A stretch of DNA of 64,000 bases from Octopus sinensis (GCF_006345805.1 NC_043011.1:34050464-34114463); one strand, 5' to 3'; counted from the first letter of the stretch, positions 12,597-25,942 are shown. Made by a program: numbers and translations. Notes: generated by a model from the letters alone, not told the origin.

Positions 12597-12654
12597 TGAT
12601 TAGGTACTTTCTTTTCATATATCAGACAATCTCTTCGCTATTGTTGTCATCACC

Positions 12655-12825
12655 AACAAGACCCATCCGTAGTACATGACCATACCAGCACAAAAGTCTC
12701 TCTTGCACTCCACAGCCAATGCTTCTTATGTCCAGCATTTCTCTCAGGTCTCTTACACTCTGTCGTGTGTGCACACTGATATTACACATCCAGCAGATCA
12801 TGCTAGCTTCATTTCCAGCGGATCA
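12655..12825 (-). mobile_element. RTE LINE fragment (C-terminal part of the RT ORF)
   Basis: Minus strand translates NEASMICWMCNISVHTRQSVRDLREMLDIRSIGCGVQERLLCWYGHVLRM (W.GHV.RM motif). Confidence 0.8.
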
Positions 12826-13305
12826 TATATATATGTATGTATATCCAAATTGAAGGAATAGAACAGGTAAAATTCAGGCTACATATGTTTCCTAGCCAGT
12901 AGATCCTCTAAGCCTCTTTATGATTGTTGAACAACCTGCTTGAAATAGCAGTCAAATCTCCATAAAATCCCTCCTTATCAACTTTATCTTTCTTTAAAAA
13001 ATATATATATATATTTGATAATGAAGACTTAAATCCATTAAGCCACCATAACTGTGACTCCAAAGCAACACTTTCTCAAAGAATGACAAACTGATAATCT
13101 ACCTGAAGATTACAAGATTACATTTACAGCAAGTAGCTGGGCAGGCAGGCAGGCCATTAGGCTGGCTGTCTATCTGCCAGATCTGAACTAGATCAGACAG
13201 ACTGTCTCACAGATAGACAGGGGTAGACATAAATAAATAAATATATATATGTGTGCGTGTATGTATATGTATGTATACATGTGTGTGTGCATGTGTATGT
13301 ATGTA

Positions 13306-13355
<50 letters not shown>

Positions 13356-14393
13356 CCTATATATATAGAAATATTAATATTTCTAAGTCCCTCTATAGGA
13401 GACTAAGGCAGCGGTACTGGATATTAATAGTTATCACCATGCTAACATGGTAGTCCAGGAAAATAGGATGAATGCTACCATTGATTAGCTCTGAAAGACC
13501 ATCACTAGCTAGAGGTGATGGCCTCTTGGAGCTATGGACTGCCATGTGTGTGTGTGTGTGTGCACATGCTTGTGTTTGGCCTCCACCACCACTGAGTGAC
13601 AACCAAGTTTGGCTTATGTCCCCATAACTTAACAGTTCAACAAAGGAGACCAATAGAAAAAGTACCAGGCTTAAAAATAAGTATTGGGGTTGATTTATTT
13701 GACTGAACCCTTCAAGGCAGTATCCCAGCATGGTCACTCCAATGACTGAAAGAAGTACAAGATAAAAGAATGCAAGAAAGAGAGAGAGTGGGAGAGATTA
13801 GGTTATTGTTTCTATGAACCAAAACAAGTGCTCAATACACACTTGTAGTAAAGATTGTACACTGTCATATATCTGTATGATGATGATGATGACAATGACC
13901 AGAAATGACAGCAATGCTGGTGGTGGTAATGATGATAATATATTGACTTGGTAGGAAGAAAGCAACCTATATAGAAACTATTCTGCTTCCGGCAGAAACA
14001 ATATCAAAATAACATACAAAGCGAACTAGTAAACCTATTCTCTCTAACTGCCTTTCTTTAAACTTAAGAACAGATACAAACTGACAGCAATTAATTTTCA
14101 CCAGAACTAACTAATCCACCATGGATTTTCTTCAAGCTATTTCTTGCTATGTAACCATAGTAACAATAGCAGATGCACGTATGGCCAAAGTTGTAAGGCC
14201 TAGAATTATATAGATTTTAATTACTAACTTCCATCTGACTCAACATGAAGTTTACAAAGCAGGATACATTACAATGACCAGCTTAAAACTATATTAATCA
14301 TTCTAATTTTTCAGTCTCTGACCAAAACATACAATAATAATTCTTTCTACAATAAAGAAAGGGCTGAAATTCTGAAGAACAGAGGGGCTAGTC

Positions 14394-14708
14394 CAGGGTT
14401 CGGCAAACCAGGGTAAATAAACCTAAGTGGGGTAAAAATGAAATCCTTGGGGGTAATGAGGACTCATTAGATGTAAGTAAAATTATATAAAAAAAACGTG
14501 TTCCTTGTTACAACAGAAATTTTTCTTCTGACAACACTGCATCTGTCCAATGTAATGGACATGTTTAGGAGATGCCATGCCAAATAGATTCAATAGATCT
14601 TTTGAATTCAAAGAATCTATGATTTTCTTCCTTTCAAACCAAAGGGGTAACATTGGTGTAAATAAATATATTTTGGTATAATTGGCTAAAAAAGTTCCCC
14701 AACTCCTG
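14394..14708. mobile_element. hAT-type MITE with intact 8-bp TSD GGCTAGTC
   Basis: Termini CAGGGTTCGGCAAAC and GTTCCCCAACTCCTG; identical 8-mers at 14386-14393 and 14709-14716. Confidence 0.88.
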
Positions 14709-14950
14709 GGCTAGTCAATTACATCAACCCCAGTGTTTGACTGGTATTTTATTGTATCGACCCCAAAACGATGAAAGGCAAAGTCAGATTTTCTAAGCCC
14801 CGTAAAAGAACTCAGAAGGTTAGGCCTCCAACCAGGCCTTACACGATACCCATAAAGCCAGAAACTTTTCAGCACACCCTTGTCTACATACATACATACA
14901 TATAGTTAGCTATTTGGCCAATGGAATATAAAGATTAGACACAATACACT

Positions 14951-15079
14951 AGCTGTGAGCTTCATCCATTAAGATGGTGTAATAGTGTCATCATCATCGT
15001 TTAACGTCAGCATGGAAAGCGGACGTTAAACGATGATGATGACACTATTACACCATCTTAATGGATGAAGCTCACAGCT
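14951..15079. repeat. Perfect 58-bp inverted repeat with 13-nt loop
   Basis: 14951-15008 is the exact reverse complement of 15022-15079. Confidence 0.97.
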
Positions 15080-16475
15080 TCACCTGCAGCAAGAAGGAGA
15101 GAAAGAATGGTTGGGAAAACATATTAACATTTTTACCACTCCTCAGACTAACATTAAAAAAATTGTTTATTTTCTTTTAACATAGTCTTAGTTCTCTGGA
15201 CTAAGACCATGCGGGAGCACTGCCTATACCATTTAATACCCATTATATTTTACATGTACTTTTTCTTTGCTTCTTGTAATTTCACATTTTGGGGGATGCA
15301 GATATTTTTTATTTTTTCATTTACGTAATTCAAATTATTAAGAAGGGTTGTTTTTTTTTTAATTATTTATATTTATTTATTTATTTATTTGTACGTGTTT
15401 ATGCAATTCAAATTCTAGAAATTAGCAGGGAAAAGAAAATAATAATGATCAATTCTAGTTTCAATTATGCATGGTGTGTGGCAGAACCAATACTGATGAG
15501 AAATTAACTGGAAGATTCTAAAGAATGGAAATAAATTGCAGAAATAATAAAAACAAGACAATCGTTGGAAATAATGGAATACGTTATACGTATCAATTTT
15601 ATAGAGTTAGGGAACAAATGGGGGAAGTTTGTGTGTAGTAGTAGTAGTAGTAGCAGCAGCATGTGTGTGTGCATGTTGCAATTTGCACATTGTGTTGAGT
15701 GTATGTGTGTGTGTGTTGTGATGTGTGTATGTATGTTATGCAGATATTGTGTGCATGTGTGCGTTGTGTTTTTGTGAGTGTGCCGGTGTGTAGATGTATG
15801 TGTATATGCATGTAGATATATGCATATGCATACATATGTATATGCTTGTGCAATGCATGTGTATATGCATGTGCATACATGTATATATGCATGTGAATAC
15901 ATGCATACACACTATTGACACACTGTACACATACATGTAGTGTGAAGGCATGTGTACATTGTGTCAATAGTGTGTATGCATGTGTATATGTGTACACTAT
16001 GTCGTGTGTGTGTGTGAATATGTGCATATACTGTGTTGAGTGTGTATGAGTGCAAGCACTGTGTTGAGTGTGTGTGTATGTGTTCTGCAGGTATATGTAT
16101 GTGTTCTGTGACTGTTTGTATGTATGTATGTATGTATGTATGTTGAGTATGTGCAAGGGTGTAGTGTGTATTGAAACACTGTGTTGGATGTGTGTGTATG
16201 CATGTGCACATGTGAGTGTCTATACATGTATTCCGAGTATTTATGCATGTGTTATGTCAATAAGCAAGCAGCTTTGTTGCATGCATGTGTGCTATACCAG
16301 TGAGCATGTGCATGAGATGTTTATGTACAAATAAATAAATGCATGAATGTTTGTGTGTATGTGTGTGCATCAGTGAGTACTAATGTGTATCAGGTGTGTG
16401 TGCACAAGTTGCAAAAATCTGTGTGAATGTGTGCAGCATCAGTGAGCATCACTGAGCACGAGTTATGTGTGTATG

Positions 16476-17700
16476 TTTATCTTGCATCAATAAATGCTTG
16501 CATGTGTGTGCATATATGTTGCATCACTGTGCATGTGTGTTTCAGTTGTGTGTATGTGTTGCACAAATCTGTGCATGTGTGTATACATATGCACTGCATC
16601 AATGAGTATATGTGTGCTTGTGTTAAGTGCATACATTTATCTTGCATCAATAAGCGCTTGCATGTGTGTGCATATATGTTGCATCACTGTGCATGTGTGT
16701 TTCAGTTGTGTGTATATGTTGCACAAATCTGTGCATGTGTGTATACATATGCACTGCATCATGAGTATATGTGTGCTTGTGTTAAGTGCATACATTTATC
16801 TTGCATCAATAAATGCTTGCATGTGTGTGCATATATGTTGCATCACTGTGCATGTGTGTTTCAGTTGTGTGTATGTGTTGCACAAATCTGTGCATGTGTG
16901 TATACATATGCACTGCATCAATGAGTATATGTGTGCTTGTGTTAAGTGCATACATTTATCTTGCATCAATAAATGCTTGCATGTGTGTGCATATATGTTG
17001 CATCACTGTGCATGTGTGTTTCAGTTGTGTGTATATGTTGCACAAATCTGTGCATGTGTGTATACATATGCACTGCATCAATGAGTATATGTGTGCTTGT
17101 GTTAAGTGCATACATTTATCTTGCATCAATAAGCGCTTGCATGTGTGTGCATATATGTTGCATCACTGTGCATGTGTGTTTCAGTTGTGTGTATGTGTTG
17201 CACAAATCTGTGCATGTGTGTATACATATGCACTGCATCAATGAGTATATGTGTGCTTGTGTTAAGTGCATACATTTATCTTGTATCAATAAGTGCTTGC
17301 ATGTGTGTGCATATATGTTGCATCACTGTGCATGTGTGTTTCAGTTGTGTGTATGTGTTGCACAAATCTGTGCATGTGTGTATACATATGCACTGCATCA
17401 ATGAGTATATGTGTGCTTGTGTTAAGTGCATACATTTATCTTGTATCAATAAGCGCTTGCATGTGTGTGCATATATGTTGCATCACCGAGCATGTGCATT
17501 TGAGTTGTGTGTGTATGCATTGCAAAAATCTGTGCATGTGTATATGCATATGTGCTGCATCAGTGAGCATTTGTGTGCTTGTGTTATGTGTGTGTATGTG
17601 TGTGTGTGTTTATCTTGCATCAATAAACGCTTGCATGTCTATGCATAGATGTTGCATCACTGAGCATGTGTATGAGTCGTGTGCATATGTTGCATAAATG
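16476..17700. repeat. 160-bp tandem satellite: six near-identical units plus two diverged ones, within a 2-kb GT/AT-rich tract (about 15650-17790)
   Basis: Unit starts (TTTATCTTG.ATCAATAA) at 16476, 16636, 16795, 16955, 17115, 17275, 17435 and 17609. Confidence 0.95.
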
Positions 17701-18731
17701 TGTGAGCATGCACATCTTGCATAAATAAGTAATTGCATGTGTGTGTGTATATGTTTCCATGTACTTGCATGCATGTATGTGTCGTGTGTCAGCTGCTAAA
17801 TATCAAATGTTTGTACAAACAGGAACGTTAATTAAGCAACCAGTCATGGAGGAACCAATCAGCAGATTTAACAACTAATTACAAACAAATGAGCAACAAC
17901 AATAATAATGTTCTTTCAGCTTGAATTTTATCCTTCATCTTTTACTAGCTTCAGTCATTGGACAGCAGCCATGCTGGGTCAGCATCTTAGACAGTTTTTG
18001 TCAAAAACAACTGACCCAGTACTTTCTTTTTGATGTTTAGTACTTGTTGCATTGGTCTCTTTGTCAAACCACTAAGTTTCAGGGATGTAAACAAACCGAC
18101 ATCACTTGTCAAGTGGTGGGGATGGAGACAAACACAAGTATGTGTGTGTGTATGTGTGTGTGTTGTGTGTGTATGTGTGCGTGTGTCTATGTGTGTGTGT
18201 ATGTGTGTGTGTATGTGTGCATATGTGCGTGTGTGTGTGTGTGTCTGTAAAATGGTTGGCATCCAGCCATAAAAACCATGCCAAAGCAGACAATGAAACT
18301 TAGGACAGATCTTTGGGTCATCTGATCTTGTCAAACCATCCAACCCATGCCAGCATGGAAGACAGACATTAAATGATGATGGTGATATGTGTGTGTGTGT
18401 GTTGTGTGTGTGTGTGTGAGTGAGTGTGTGTGTATGTATACATACATGCATATGGGCAAAGGCATATATATATATATATGTGTGTGTGTGTATAGTTAAT
18501 AAAAAAAAACGGAGAAAAAGACAAGAAAAAAACAACAATGCGAGGATGTGGTACATGCAAAGTATTAATAAGACGCTCAGAGAAGGGAAGAAAAAGTGGT
18601 TGTTTTACATTTCGAGCAAAGCTCTTCTTCGGAAACAGAAGACATAGGAAAATCCAAAAGAAAAGGAAGAGAAAAAAAATTGCCAAATGTCCACAGGTAG
18701 TTATGTTTTGGAATGACCAGAAGTATATATA

Positions 18732-18778
<47 letters not shown>

Positions 18779-19315
18779 TATGAGAAGCTTCCACACAGTC
18801 TCTGTCTACTAAACCCCCTCACAAGGTTTTGGTTGGCCAATACTACCAAACAATAAAGTCTAACACAAGATCTAGTCCTTGTTGAGGTGTGGTGGCTTAT
18901 ATACTTCAATGTGCCTGAGAGCTATGCCAATGGACTGCAAGCTCCTAGCATGGCCTCCCATACTGGCCATGTCAACGGACAGAGGCCAGACTAATATAAA
19001 CCACTTCTTCCCTCTCGTATAAATGGGCTTGTGTAGGGCCAACATCACTACATAGGAAAATACAAAGTTACAGAAGCATTAATAAGAATTCAAAACCAAC
19101 AAAATCTTGGAGCAGTTCCATTATCAGTTGGAAATCTATCAGTCAGAGCTGAAAAACCAGGTTTCCAAATGGAGAGAAGTAGAAGAAGCAGTCTAGAGTC
19201 AAGTAGAGTGGGAAAATGTTGTCAACAGACAATGCTACATAAGAGCAAACAGCTTAACCAAACAATAATTTAGGTTTAGACAGAGTCAACTATGTAATAG
19301 ATATATCAAGGAAGG

Positions 19316-19536
19316 TATGAAGTGGTGTTTCAAAGTTCCTGGCTCTAAGGGTATAACAAAAGGACTGGTTGGAGGCCCAATCTTCTGAGATCTTTTATAG
19401 GGGTTAGGATAACTGAAGGACCACTGCAATAAGTGTGTGAATCTGTGAGGGGAATGTGTTGTATAGAATTATAATTAACTGATCCTCATGTATTTTCTTT
19501 TACCCAAAGCCAGGAACTTTTCACCACCCCCTCATA
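19316..19536. mobile_element. Mariner-type MITE, opposite orientation to the 9523 copy
   Basis: Ends AGCCAGGAACTTTTCACCACCCCCTCA-TA; the body is the reverse complement of 9523-9741. Confidence 0.8.
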
Positions 19537-20037
19537 TATATCCTCTGTCAAGTGGATGAATATATTTGCATCATTATTCTTGATTTAAAATTAATGGTTC
19601 CTGGTTCATATCTGATCTGCTACAATATATGCAATGAGCATAGGAATGGCCAAGTCAGTAAGAAGTTTGCTTTGCAATCATGAGGTCCTGGGTTTGACCC
19701 CACAGCACTGTATTTCAGGACAACTCTCTTTTATTATGGCCATAGGTCAACCTAGGCTATGTGGGTGAAATGACATAGATGGAAACTGTATGGAAGCCAG
19801 TCTCATGGGTTGTACCCTCAATTCAAAGGGCCAAACCTGTGGTACAGGGTATGAAATGTTTCATGGCACAGCTGTTTTGGTACTGCCTATTTGGTGTCCC
19901 TGATTCGATACTGACTTATTTGACATCAGACTGTTTTAATGATTCTCCCTCTCTCTCACCCTCCTCCCTTTCTCCCTCTCTTTCCCCCTACTCCCTTTCT
20001 CTCAATCTATGTACATAAACATTCTTGTCATTATGCA

Positions 20038-20305
20038 TCATCATCATTGTTTAACGTTTGCTTTCCATGCTAGCATGGGTTGGATGATTTGACTGAGGAC
20101 TGGTGAACCAGATGGCTGCACCAGGCTCCAATCTGATCTGGCAGAGTTTCTACAGCTGGATACCCTTCCTAATGCCAACTACTCCGAGAGTGTAGTGGGT
20201 GCTTTTATGTGTCACCGGTACAAGGGCTAATCAGGCAGTACTGGCAACAGCCATGCTCAAATGGTGTTTTTCATGTGCCACCTGCACAGGAGCCAGTCCA
20301 GTGGC
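20038..20305 (-). mobile_element. RTE-type 3' UTR copy with (GAT)n tail
   Basis: Same module as 36500-36768, in reverse orientation. Confidence 0.8.
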
Positions 20306-20774
20306 ACACAGAAAGGATGTTTGCCAGTTATGTTCAATGAATAAATTGCACAGACTTTCTCCTTCTCAGTCCATCTTGCCATACATGTATATTTCTACAC
20401 ATACATAGTTGTGAAAGTGTGTGTTGGTGTGTGCTTGCCTCCAGCACCAAAACAGACTGTAACTAAAACAGGCTGAATGTCCAACCAGCCAGCCAGCCAT
20501 GCCAAGCACTAGTGTCCAGAGGCAACCAATCATCTCATTCCATATCACACACTTTGTCTGATTCTACCTAAGGATTGCATTAAGTGTGCAAGTATCTGTG
20601 GAGTACTCAACCACTTATGTCATAAACCAATGTGCAGGCAGGTCAGTTGATCAAACAGCTGGAATACTTGTCATGAAAACTAATCGATCACAAGATTCCT
20701 TTATCCACAATTAAGATACCCAATGAGACAATAAGTCAATTGCAACAGGGTGGAAGTATCTTTTGTTTTTTTGT

Positions 20775-21150
20775 CTTTTACTTGTTCAAGTCACTGGACT
20801 CTGGCCATGCTAGGCCATCATTAGGATAGGTTTAGTTGAACAAATTGATATTAATACTTTTTTTTTTTTAATCTGCTACTTATTGTATTAGTCTCTTTTT
20901 CCAAATTGCTTAGCAACAGGGGCATAAGCTAAACAGTGGCAGGGAAGCAAACAAACACACACATGTACACAACATACACACACACATCAGGTCTCTCCCT
21001 GCCCCACCAGTTTCTGTCTATCAAATTCACTCACAGAGCATTGGTCAGCCTAGGGCTATAGTAGAGGACACTTGCCCTAGGAGCTGTGTAGTGGGACTGA
21101 ACTTGAAACCATGTGGTTGGAAAGCAGCTTCTTAACCACATAGCCATATA
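20775..21150 (-). mobile_element. tRNA-headed SINE family A, older copy
   Basis: Diverged match to 21280-21701. Further full or partial family-A copies lie near 2810, 11985, 13530, 17935, 21955, 24620, 27197, 30805, 33295, 35410, 43300, 44340, 44465, 46725, 47960, 50470, 57880, 61395 and 63503. Confidence 0.75.
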
Positions 21151-21234
21151 TGCACCTATTTACAAAAAAGAAAAGTCTAAACTCTCCAAAGAAGACATTA
21201 ATAGTGTTAACAGTCTGAAAAATAATATATCTCT

Positions 21235-21894
21235 TTAACCCTTCCATTACTGTATTTATTTTTGAGATGCTCTGTGTTTACTCTTTACTCTTTTACTTGT
21301 TTCAGTCATTTGACTGCGGCCATGCTGGAGCACCACCTTTAGTCGAGCAAATCGACCCCGGGACTTATTCTTTGTAAGCCCAGTACTTATTCTATCAGTC
21401 TCTTTTGCCGAACCGCTAAGTGACGAGGACGTAAACACACCAGCATTGGTTGTCAAGCAATGCTAGAGGGACAAACACAGACACACAAACATATACACAC
21501 ACATACATATATACATATATATATACATATATATATACATATATACGACAGGCTTCTTTCAGTTTCCGTCTACCAAATCCACTCACAAGGCATTGGTCGG
21601 CCTGAGGCTATAGCAGAAGACACTTGCCCAAGATGCCACGCAGTGGGACTGAACCCGGAACCATGTGGTTGGTTAGCAAGCTACTTACCACACAGCCACT
21701 CCTGTGTTTCTTTCAATTACTTTGAAATATAACAAAGAATTTAGTAAAATAACTTTGTTATCATTCAGATAGTGTTAGGAACATAAATTGTGATTAAAGT
21801 TTGGTGGAAGATTTTAATTCAAAACTCATGAAAACAAGACATTTGTTTTCAGAGCCAGAGCCGGTTTTAGCCGGGTTGGTATTGAAAGGGTTAA
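21235..21894. mobile_element. TTAA-flanked (piggyBac-like) MITE family 1, interrupted by a SINE
   Basis: TTAA-CCCTT ... AAGGG-TTAA; with the SINE removed it matches the reverse complement of 47036-47264. Confidence 0.85.
21280..21701 (-). mobile_element. Young full-length tRNA-headed SINE family A with 8-bp TSD CTGTGTTT
   Basis: Minus strand runs GAGTGGCTGTGTGGTAAG...GGTTCAGTCCC (A/B boxes), a central (TA)/(TG) tract and a GAAACAAGTAAAAGAGTAAAGAG tail. TSD at 21272-21279 and 21702-21709. Confidence 0.92.
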
Positions 21895-22725
21895 CAATAT
21901 AACACATCTTTATCACACTGTTTTCATTCATTTTATTTCATTCACTTAGTTTTGTATCTTGTTTCAATCATTGGACTGCAGCCAAGCTGGGGCACCACCT
22001 TGAAGGGTTGAGTCAAACAAATCACCCCCACCAATACTCATTTGTTCTTTCTTACAGCTTGATACTTATTCTATTTGCCTCTTTTGTCAAAACGCTAAGT
22101 TACAAAGTTGTAAACAAACCAACACCATTTGTCAAGCAATGACTAGCAGGGAGGGGGACACAAAAAACATACATATATACATTTGATGGGCCAACACATT
22201 TTCCCTCTACCAAATTCACTCACAATGCACTGGTCAGCCTGGAGTTATAGTAGAAGACACTTGCCCAGGGTGTCATACAGTGGGACTGAACCCAAAAACC
22301 ATGTGACTGCAAAGTTAGCATCTAAACCACACAGCCAAAGTTTAACATTTGCCTTCCCATGTTAGCATAAATGTTGTATATTAAAAACACAAATGAATGA
22401 GAAACACTGCTGCAACAAATACTTGATAATCAACTACTTGTTCCCAGACTTTTCATAATAATTGCTATTGTCAGGATCCAGTCTACTCTTTAGTAGTTAG
22501 TTCATCCGTGACAAGATTTCAATTTACAATTATAAAATTACTACAACAATGATAGAAAAAAAAACATATTTTCTATTTTATGACATAATTGGTGAACAGC
22601 ATTATAAGTTAGAATTTCCCAAATAGTCGACCACACATTCACTTGAATGTTACAATGAGAGAGTGTCAAGGATGAAACTGTGTAACATGGGCAGTACAAA
22701 TATTACAAAAGTACTCTGGTTCAAA

Positions 22726-22980
22726 GCGGAGGCACATGGCCTAGTGGTTAGAGCAGTGGACTCACAGTTGAGGGATCACGGGTTCGAATCTTAGACTGGG
22801 CGATGTGTGTGTTTATGAGCGAAACATCTAAGCTCCACTCAACTCCGGCAGAAGGTAATGGCGAACTTCTGCTGACTCTTTCGCCACAACTTTCTCTCAC
22901 TCTTTCCTCCTGCATCTAGCAGCTCACCTGCAACAGACCGGCGTCCCATCCAGGTGGGGAACCTATATGCCAAGGAAACC
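22726..22980 (+). mobile_element. tRNA-headed SINE, family C-like
   Basis: GGAGGCACATGGCCTAGTGGTTAGAGCAG...GGGTTCGAATC head; related to 42505-42815. Confidence 0.75.
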
Positions 22981-25437
22981 AGGAGCTTCACTATTTTGGC
23001 ATGCTTTCTGTGGCTGGATACCCTTCCTAATGCAAACCAGTTTAGAGTGTACTGGATGATTTTTACATGGCACCACCACCAGTGCCTTTCATGTGGCACC
23101 ATCACTGAGAAGACAAAAATCCCTCAACTGGGAAAGAAAAGTATTATTGAGGTGGAGGCAGTTTTGTACCAGTTGATGAGAGATTAAAGTTACAGAGGGA
23201 CAGACATAGGTGTCTTGCTGTAGAGGAGGCACATGGATACCTCAGTTGGAATAGACAGGAAAGTGAGTTTGACTATAAGCTAAAGATAGTGATAGAGATG
23301 ATGGTAAAGATGTACCAGAAGATACCTTAAAGACATTGCAGGTGGTGAGAAATAGGTAAGGTGATACAGTTGTTTGGACTGGATGAATGCTCAGGATAGA
23401 GGTCATTGCAGCAAATGAATGGAGAGAAATACAGAAGAGGCTTGGAAGACTTGGGGGGGGGGTGCAGTAGATATGTGAGAACATCAAGGGCGATAGCAGA
23501 TAAGCAAGGTGTTAATGATGGAGAACGGCACAGGGGAGAAATGACAGAGAAAGAAGGTGATTGGTAGAGACATAGGCAGAAGATAATGGGATATGGAAGT
23601 GGTTTGGGGTGGGGGATGGAAGGTAACTGAGAAAGCAGGGCAATGTAGTATACATATATGGATGGATAGATAGATGAACAGATATAAACACATACACACA
23701 GCAATGAACAGTTGGCTGCATTATTATAAATATATCTAAACACTAGAGAATATATTGAATGCTCTTTTATTTCATACTATCTTAATAGTCATACACTGTG
23801 CAGACTTTTAAGTTAGTTCCTGCAGAGGGCTAATTGGGCCAGCAGCCCAAAACTAAAGAGAGCTAAATAGCATGACTATATGTCTATAATGATCATATGC
23901 CCTTGTGGTGTTTGATCAGAGGTTAAGGACCAATGAGAATAACTCTGTAATGCAATTGTTCTATTGTTCCAGTCCCAAATTGAATTCCAGCTGTTGGCCA
24001 ATTTGTCCCAAAAGTTCTAATCTCAGTGTAAAAGTAACGAATTCAATGTCATTTATCTCCCCCTTGATCTCTGATGTCACCTGACAAATGCTAAACAAGA
24101 TAATGTGAATCAGCCAAGCTTTACCTGCTAGAAATAGCAACCCAAATGCTTTTAAATCCGATCCCAATGCTGGATGCACAAGAACCAAATGAAGAGCAGA
24201 TTTCCAATCCTGGGGTCATCCTTATTCCAAAAAGGTATAATATGTCTATGTAGAGCAAATGCAGATTGAAATACAGGGGTCCAAGGTAGACAGACATAAT
24301 TTCACTTTTATTAATTTCATATGTACACATAAATGGAAGAGTATGTATGTGCATGTGTTATGTGAGTGTATTTTATATTACAATTGGTGAAAAATGGTAC
24401 CATTGGTTACAGATATCCAATAGGCCAATTATTAATTCACAGCATTTCTGTCAGCAAGAATGACAAGGTAGTGTCTGTACTTCAGTGCTGAGTAAATATA
24501 CCCAGGGACTTCTTCATAATGCTCCAGTTTATATCAGTTCTCTCACTGATGTTGATAACCACCACTGATACAAATCAGCAAAATACAGGCAAACTTTCCC
24601 CCCATCCTCCCACATACACAAATGACAGGCTTCAGCACAGTTTCCATCCACCAAACTCCACTGGCAAGGTACTGGTCAACTTAAGTCTATGACAGAAGAC
24701 ACCTGCCCATAGCGCCATGTTGCAAGATCAAACCCCACAACCTTGGGGTTTTGAAGCAGAACTTCTGATCCACACCGCAATGTCTGCTTCCATATACTTC
24801 CTCCAGATTATGCAATGTCCTTGTAGATTCTATCAACAATTTACAACAAAAGGAAACAATGCCATTGCTAATCGAAAGTTCTTATCAGAGACAGAGTACA
24901 ACATTGGTGGCAAGACATGAACTGTGGACTGGACTCTTCAGTTAATTCATTGGTATTCTAACAACACATGCCATCTGCGAATTCTTGTAAGTTCTTCTGG
25001 TAGTTCAGATGATTAGAGACTATGCAGTTATAATGAATTATTATAATTAGTGATTCAGAGATATAGATAGTTAATCTTTTATCTCTCTTTTACTCATTTC
25101 AGTCATTGGATTGTGACCATACTGGAGCTAATTTTAGTTGACCCCAATATTTATTTTTAAGTCTGAGAATTTTTCTGTTGATCACATTTGCTGAACCGCT
25201 AGTAAATATCTAAAGTCCTGGCAGGGTATAAAGATAGGGTATTTCCAGTGAAGCACTCAGCCCAGGTTCTGGGTTATCAACACTGTCAGATTCCAGACAA
25301 ATAACAAAATTCTTCAGATACTTATCTACAGTTAGATAAATGAGCCAATGAGGATACCACTACGTGATCACCTGACCTGCTAGTAATAACAGCTAAATCT
25401 TCATCAAAACTTACATCTTACCACCAAGGTACCTATT

Positions 25438-25680
25438 TTATAGCTCTTTAGGTATACGTTCTTCTGGCAGCTGGAAGCATCGATGTGCAAGTCCCCCTCT
25501 TCTATCGACCACAATCTCCTGCAGGCTGTGCAGATTGACCCTTGTCGGGACTTCAGAGTTTGTGATTTTATCCCTGGAGATGATCTTGAGTATTCCGCAT
25601 GGATAACGCTGGTGGAATGCATTCAATCTCCAAGTGATCTTGGCAGATGCCCAACTGGTTTGGGCTATGCCAAAAGTATA
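25438..25680 (-). mobile_element. RTE (BovB-like) LINE fragment
   Basis: ORF-track protein ...TSW...RLNAFHQRYPCGILKIISRDKITNSEV...LQEIVVDRR...LPEERIPK resembles the region after RT in RTE elements. Confidence 0.8.
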
Positions 25681-25839
25681 AGCAAACTTCAAAATTTCTA
25701 ACTTGCCTCTCAATTCATGATCTCAAGGTAAAATGAGATTAAAATAGAAATGATATCTAACAGACTTCGTGATTTTGCTTTATCTGAGAATGTTTATCTC
25801 TCTATCAAGCTGTGTTACATACCTTTGTAATGCTGCAGG

Positions 25840-25909
25840 ATTGAGAGAAAGAGGAAACAAGAGAGAGAGAGCAAGAGAAGGGAGACAAGAGAGAGAGAGG
25901 GGAAACAAG

Positions 25910-25942
<33 letters not shown>

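Noticed and set aside
16427-17697. Cys/His-rich repeated ORFs suggesting a zinc-finger or metallothionein-like protein
   Set aside because: They are products of the 160-bp GT-rich satellite; the period is not a multiple of 3, so frames shift and stop every few units.
22726-22800. tRNA-like sequences here and at about 1930-2003, 21630-21701 and 42740-42815
   Set aside because: A and B boxes are present but they continue into SINE bodies, with no acceptor stem closure or terminator; they are SINE heads.
23100-23640. Purine-rich LINE-like sequence, with related pieces near 39640, 53180 and 53820
   Set aside because: Clearly repetitive, but I could not read a diagnostic endonuclease or RT motif, so it is left unclassified.
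24121-24200. CAG|GTAAAG donor-like site with a short open frame, as a candidate extra intersectin exon
   Set aside because: It sits in a CTGCTAGAAATAGC motif that recurs elsewhere (about 25377, 51701), the translation is not EH-like, and the 64-nt and 209-nt exons already join perfectly.
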